The notes under the pieces are model-generated. The model saw only the letters and a list, made by a program, of their open reading frames with translations, was not told the DNA's origin and did not search any database. A stretch of 64,000 nt of DNA from Bdellovibrionota bacterium FG-1 (GTDB taxonomy: Bacteria > Bdellovibrionota > UBA1018), in contig JBBCAW010000005.1 in the NCBI GenBank assembly GCA_051382295.1, positions 1-64,000 on the forward strand, given 5' to 3'. Positions 59,891 through 64,000 of the stretch are shown piece after piece. The position numbers and the translations under genes were made by a program. Position 1 is the stretch's first letter; each line of letters begins with the position of its first letter.

Positions 59891-60183
59891 TGTCCGGCCT
59901 TTTCTTTTTTAGTGAGGTGCCTTCGCATGACCGTAACGATCACGACGGCTCCTTCAATTTTGCATGAAAGTGCGGCCCCTTTTTTATTCGTATCGTAGCC
60001 AGCGACAAAATAAGTTTTTTTATCATCCTGCCATCGAAATGCCACACAGGTCTTTCCTATACTTGCCAAATCAGCTCGGACAAGTTTTCGGTTAATCATC
60101 TGTTGGAAGCCATGCGTGGTGACCTGAATCTCGTCGTTGATCAAGGCTTCGATAATGATCTTCTTGTCCGCCGTTGTAACCAT
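59887..60183 (-). CDS. DUF4258/RelE-like putative toxin
   Basis: TTHGFQQMINR..., VVIVTV; ATGA overlap with HTH gene; AT-rich. Confidence 0.7.
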   Translation of the reverse strand: MVTTADKKIIIEALINDEIQVTTHGFQQMINRKLVRADLASIGKTCVAFRWQDDKKTYFVAGYDTNKKGAALSCKIEGAVVIVTVMRRHLTKKEKAGQ

Positions 60184-60264
60184 AACACGATGAATTTATA
60201 TTATTCAATGAAAAATGCAATGAAAAATAAAGTGTTAAAATAAATAAGATTTAAAGTCAGGTCC

Positions 60265-61779
60265 CTAAATCCCCACGGTCCCTCTGCGTCCTTTATCTTG
60301 ATAGGTTTGGTGAATTCGTTCGAAGATATTGACGTTCTTATCGAGGAGCGAAATCGGGCCTTCGCCCGCGGGTCCACGACCGCCAAAGTCGGCAATGCCG
60401 TTGGGATTTTTTTGTGCGTCGTCTTTTTTCGGTAAAAACTGCGCCAGGAGTCCTGAGAGGTCGGGGCCTTTGTCGGGCGTGCCGCCGCCACCGCCGCCAG
60501 ACGCGTAGCCGCCACCTTCGTAGCCTGACCCTTTGGATGAATCCGCCATTTTGGCTTGAGGGTCGGCGTTATCGCCACCCGAAGCGGGTGCGGTTGAGGC
60601 GCCACCGTTGAAACCACCTCCACCTCCGCTGCCACCGCCGGGGGGGCCTGAGCTTGAAAATTTACCGGCTGCAGGTCCCGGGTCTATGCCAGTTTTTGGG
60701 ACGTCGGCGATCGGGCGTCCGAGGCTTCCGTTATCGGGAGTAAGAGGTGTGCTATCTTGCGCAGCTTGGACATCGCTCGTGCCAGCGCCGTTGAGTGACG
60801 TGGGCGCAGCGGGCGCGAGCGCATCGGCCGGGCCGACTTGTCTGGCGCCCATGGGTGCAAATGGACTAATGGTCGGCACTTGGTTTTCGAGAGCTTTGAG
60901 TTTGTCGGCGGTATCATCGAGTTGATTGGCGCTCATGATGTTAAAGCCTCCGGTCATCATCTGGGTTGCGCCTTGGATGATGGACATCATTCCACCGGCC
61001 ATGGCTTCTTTGGCCATTCCGCCTTGCTCGTCAGCGGCTTTGTTGGCGATGCGTTTAGTGTCCCTTTTCATCGCACCTTTCTTCATTTCAATTTCTTGAT
61101 TGCGGGCTGCTTCCTGCGCTTGTGCTTGAGATGGGCCTGGGACCACATCTGTTGTGATGTGGTATTTTTCGTTTAATTTAAAGTTTTTGACGATCCGATC
61201 GTTTACGCCGCCGTCAGTCGCTGCGCTCACAAAACCTTGGCCACCGAGTGAGCCATCACCAACTTGTGGACCCTTTTTTTCGGCTTTCAAGGCTTCTGCG
61301 CTTCCTCCTTTGATCTCTTTGGCGTTACCCTTATGGTCGGCATATTGAATCATTTGAACGAGGCCCAGGCCGGTATTGAGTCCGCCTGTGACGAGTTCGA
61401 TGTCGCCCGTGGTTCGTTGGGTAACTGCGGCGGCATGAAGTGTGGCGGATTGTGTTCCTCCTGCTGCTTGTGCGTTCATCTGTTGGGATTGCCCTACCGC
61501 TGCGGTTGAAATTTGACCTGCAGCTTGCGTGACGGCATTGGTGACTTTCGCGCCTTCGATCATGGCGCGTGTGCCACCACAGCCGTAGCGATCACCGTTA
61601 ATTCCAGCTGAAACTTTGCAATCGGAATCGTTTGTGCTGTATCCATCGGCTTCGTCCCATCCGCCGTCTCGTTCGAGTTTGGGAGTGATGGGTTTGTCCT
61701 CGGCGCGGGCCTCTCCCCCCATTCCCAATCCCACCATGAAGGTTAGCGCGAATACAAATCGTAGGCTGCGTGATTTCAT
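60265..61779 (-). CDS. Secreted Gly-rich hypothetical protein
   Basis: Signal peptide ARA, Gly-rich linker, C-terminal VNIFERIHQTY. Confidence 0.75.
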   Translation of the reverse strand: MKSRSLRFVFALTFMVGLGMGGEARAEDKPITPKLERDGGWDEADGYSTNDSDCKVSAGINGDRYGCGGTRAMIEGAKVTNAVTQAAGQISTAAVGQSQQMNAQAAGGTQSATLHAAAVTQRTTGDIELVTGGLNTGLGLVQMIQYADHKGNAKEIKGGSAEALKAEKKGPQVGDGSLGGQGFVSAATDGGVNDRIVKNFKLNEKYHITTDVVPGPSQAQAQEAARNQEIEMKKGAMKRDTKRIANKAADEQGGMAKEAMAGGMMSIIQGATQMMTGGFNIMSANQLDDTADKLKALENQVPTISPFAPMGARQVGPADALAPAAPTSLNGAGTSDVQAAQDSTPLTPDNGSLGRPIADVPKTGIDPGPAAGKFSSSGPPGGGSGGGGGFNGGASTAPASGGDNADPQAKMADSSKGSGYEGGGYASGGGGGGTPDKGPDLSGLLAQFLPKKDDAQKNPNGIADFGGRGPAGEGPISLLDKNVNIFERIHQTYQDKGRRGTVGI

Positions 61780-62299
61780 ATCTTCCCCCTAAACCACCCC
61801 AAGGCGACACACCTCAAAGGACGGTTTGTTACCTCTTGATTGTCATCTGAATTTATGTCTGAGTCAATAAGTCAAGTAATAATCGGCAGCTTGTTTTCTA
61901 TAGCATTGATTTAAAAGGCAAAATTAGGAATTCTCGGCGAGGGTGTCGGGGACGGCCATCCAGGCCTCGGCCGCTCTTGTCGCATCCATGCGACGCGGAC
62001 GCCCCTCACCTCGCCGCAGAATTCCTCGCGCCCGCCTGCGGCGAAGGAGCCCTTGCGGCATAAATACCTCACCTTTCGAGGCAAAGGGGTGGGCCGCTTC
62101 GGGCGCTTTTATTGGCTGGGCGGGCTTGCGAGTGGGATGATTAGGCAACCGCATCCCTTAGTTCGCTCCTGGATCGGAAACTTTTTTTCCGGGGTCTTCT
62201 TCTTGAAAGGCTGAGAGCTGATAGCTGACAACTCTAAATGAACCAAATCGGACAGCTCCCATCCATGAGAACACCGGTTGCGCTGCACCCGGAGCCTCC

Positions 62300-62452
62300 T
62301 CATTGATGATCTAGATAGAACAGAACCAACTTGGCTAAAAACCACAAAAACTGGGATAGAATTTTTTGAGTCCCTATTTTTTGCTTTAGTTTTTTAAGCC
62401 ATCGACGAAAAGAATAGTGTTCGGCCTTGCGACCGTTCTTCTTGTTTTTCAT
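62300..62452 (-). CDS. 50-aa cationic/hydrophobic peptide (cassette 1)
   Basis: SD AAGGAGG; MKNKKNGRK...ILSQFLWFLAKLVLFYLDHQ. Confidence 0.75.
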   Translation of the reverse strand: MKNKKNGRKAEHYSFRRWLKKLKQKIGTQKILSQFLWFLAKLVLFYLDHQ

Positions 62453-62523
62453 CGGGGTTACCTCCTTTCTTGTGAAAAGGGGGTAGCTCCATCTTTCCTG
62501 TCCGATTTGGCAGGGACCCATTG

Positions 62524-62539
62524 AGCAACTTCAGTGCCA
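62524..62539 (-). promoter_or_regulatory. Sigma54 promoter, cassette 1
   Basis: TGGCACTGAAGTTGCT. Confidence 0.8.
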
Positions 62540-62728
62540 GCGTTATCGCGATTTTCTCGATGTTTTTGCTGGAGTTTGGTTCGATACGCGGTGAGTGCGG
62601 CTGAAAGTCGGATCAGTGAATTGCAGTCTTCTTCAAAAGCTGAGTGCTAAGCGCTGATGGCTCTAAAAAAACCAAACCGGACAGCTCCCATCCATGAGAA
62701 CTCCAGTTGCGCTGCACCCCGAGCCTCC

Positions 62729-62881
62729 TCATTGATGATCTAGATAGAACAGAACCAACTTGGCTAAAAACCACAAAAACTGGGATAGAATTTTTTGAGT
62801 CCCTATTTTTTGCTTTAGTTTTTTAAGCCATCGACGAAAAGAATAATGTTCGGCCTTGCGACCGTTCTTCTTGTTCTTCAT
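62729..62881 (-). CDS. 50-aa cationic/hydrophobic peptide (cassette 2)
   Basis: Same protein as cassette 1, two synonymous differences. Confidence 0.75.
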   Translation of the reverse strand: MKNKKNGRKAEHYSFRRWLKKLKQKIGTQKILSQFLWFLAKLVLFYLDHQ

Positions 62882-62952
62882 CGGGGTTACCTCCTTTCTC
62901 ATTAAAAGGGGGTAGCTCCATCTTTCCTGTCCGATTTGGCAGGGACCCATAG

Positions 62953-62968
62953 AGCAAGGTTGGTGCCA
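62953..62968 (-). promoter_or_regulatory. Sigma54 promoter, cassette 2
   Basis: TGGCACCAACCTTGCT. Confidence 0.8.
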
Positions 62969-63170
62969 GATTTATGTGCAACTTCCGGGGGTTTTTGCCT
63001 GGGGGTTGGTTCGATACGCGGTGGGATGGTCGAAAATCGGATCAAATGCTGAAGTGATCTTCTTCTTCGAAGGCTGAGAGCTAAGCGCTGATAGCTGATT
63101 GCTCTAGAAAAACCAAATCGGACAGCTCCCATCCATGAGAACTCCGGTTGCGCTGCACCCAGAGCACTCC

Positions 63171-63326
63171 TCACGGCTGTCTTAGATAGTAGGATATTGC
63201 ATCGGCTAGAATCACTAAAACCTTGGCTAAGACGTAGAGTCGCCAAGATTTCAATTTAAGTTTTTCCAGCCGAATCCGAGACGAATAATGTTCGTTGGTC
63301 TTACGACCAATTTGTTTATTCTTCAT
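63171..63326 (-). CDS. 51-aa cationic/hydrophobic peptide (cassette 3, divergent)
   Basis: SD AAGGAGG; MKNKQIGRK...WRLYVLAKVLVILADAISYYLRQP. Confidence 0.75.
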   Translation of the reverse strand: MKNKQIGRKTNEHYSSRIRLEKLKLKSWRLYVLAKVLVILADAISYYLRQP

Positions 63327-63397
63327 CGGGGTTACCTCCTTTCTTGTTAAAAGGGGGTAGCTCCATCTTTCCTGTCCGATTTGGCAGCGACCCATCG

Positions 63398-63413
63398 AGC
63401 AAAGTTGGTGCCA
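63398..63413 (-). promoter_or_regulatory. Sigma54 promoter, cassette 3
   Basis: TGGCACCAACTTTGCT. Confidence 0.8.
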
Positions 63414-63572
63414 GGTTTATGTGCAACTTCCTGGGGTTTTTGCTGGAGTTTGGTTCGATACCCGATGAGGATGGCCGAAAATCGGATCAGTGATGGGGTG
63501 AATAGGACAGAAAGCCGGGATGGCGTGTGGGTGTATTCTGAGTGGCATGGGCCCGCAAGCTCTGGTCGTTGA

Positions 63573-63672
63573 GCAGTATCTACTGCCGCGCGGAGGCAGC
63601 TCGTGGCGTTCACCCCGACCTCGGCGCAGTGTACTGCCGCGCGGAGGCAGCTCGTGGCACTCACTCCGAGCT
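63573..63672. repeat. Two ~50-bp REP-like direct repeats
   Basis: TACTGCCGCGCGGAGGCAGCTCGTGGC at 63581 and 63632 with CTGCC/GGCAG hairpin. Confidence 0.75.
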
Positions 63673-63737
63673 GCTCGCTTTAAAAAGTTGCTCTAAATGC
63701 AGACTTAGGTTTCACTACTGACGGGAGGTTTCCGAAA

Positions 63738-64000
63738 ATGGCAGCTCAAGTGGCCCCAAAAAGTGGCGAATTTCTGGATGGTAAGCTTTGGTTCGAGCGT
63801 AAGGGTAAGACCGTGACGCTTGGCATCACTAGTTTCGCCGTAGAGGAAGTCGGCGAGGTTCAGAGTATTGAATTTCCGGATGAGGGCACCGATTTTGTCA
63901 AAGGCGACACCGTGCTCACGGTTGAAGGCGCCAACGGAAAGCTCGAAGTCATTGCTCCGGCAACAGGGATTATTCAAGAGGTGAACGAAGCCGCTCGTGC
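63738..64000 (+). CDS. GcvH-like protein (partial, runs off window)
   Basis: LWFERKGKTVTLGITSFAVEEVGEV...GDTVLTVE..IAPATGIIQEVN; SD GGAGG. Confidence 0.8.
   Translation, partial: MAAQVAPKSGEFLDGKLWFERKGKTVTLGITSFAVEEVGEVQSIEFPDEGTDFVKGDTVLTVEGANGKLEVIAPATGIIQEVNEAAR

Larger units (their letters stand above)
62236..63500 (-). repeat. Three tandem peptide/RNA cassettes (type I TA-like array)
   Basis: ORF starts at 62452, 62881, 63326 (429 and 445 bp apart); conserved promoter, leader and trailer. Confidence 0.9.

Noticed and set aside
62453..62521. Longer 73-74 aa ORF starts (MGPCQIGQER...) in the three cassettes
   Set aside because: That ATG has no SD and lies upstream of the predicted sigma54 +1; the downstream ATG has AAGGAGG
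62236..63500. Array as IS/MITE copies bounded by 13-bp terminal inverted repeats
   Set aside because: Similarity extends beyond the inverted repeats into promoter and enhancer regions; no target-site duplications or transposase seen
63705..63977. Minus-strand 90-aa ORF
   Set aside because: Shadow of the + strand GcvH-like gene, which the track misses because it lacks a stop in the window

Overview
Bacterial chromosomal window, probably a Bdellovibrionota/Oligoflexia-type organism (inferred from gene content: TadG-like protein, CarD-CysS, FHA/sigma54 activator, many Gly-rich secreted hypotheticals). Housekeeping blocks include lipA-E2-lpdA-lipB, sdhCAB, folE, ppc, carD-cysS and accA-gmk-rel. 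Accessory parts are a HipBA-like and a DUF4258/HTH type II toxin-antitoxin pair, two decayed genes (AAA ATPase, Mrp/ApbC), a degraded integrative island at tRNA-Gln with an RIT-like recombinase remnant followed by yeiH/tauE/selD/selU genes, and a 13-bp VNTR before tRNA-Ala. The most striking element is at 62.2-63.5 kb: three tandem ~430-445 bp cassettes. Each has a consensus sigma54 promoter and a predicted ~270-nt transcript whose 5' and 3' ends pair. Each encodes a 50-51 aa cationic/hydrophobic peptide behind a hairpin-covered SD, and that hairpin is perfect only on the antisense strand. This looks like an undescribed, sigma54-controlled type I toxin-antitoxin-like array. Several other sigma54 promoters, a shared 17-bp enhancer-like palindrome and a candidate sigma54 sRNA are also visible. 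All calls are from sequence inspection only.
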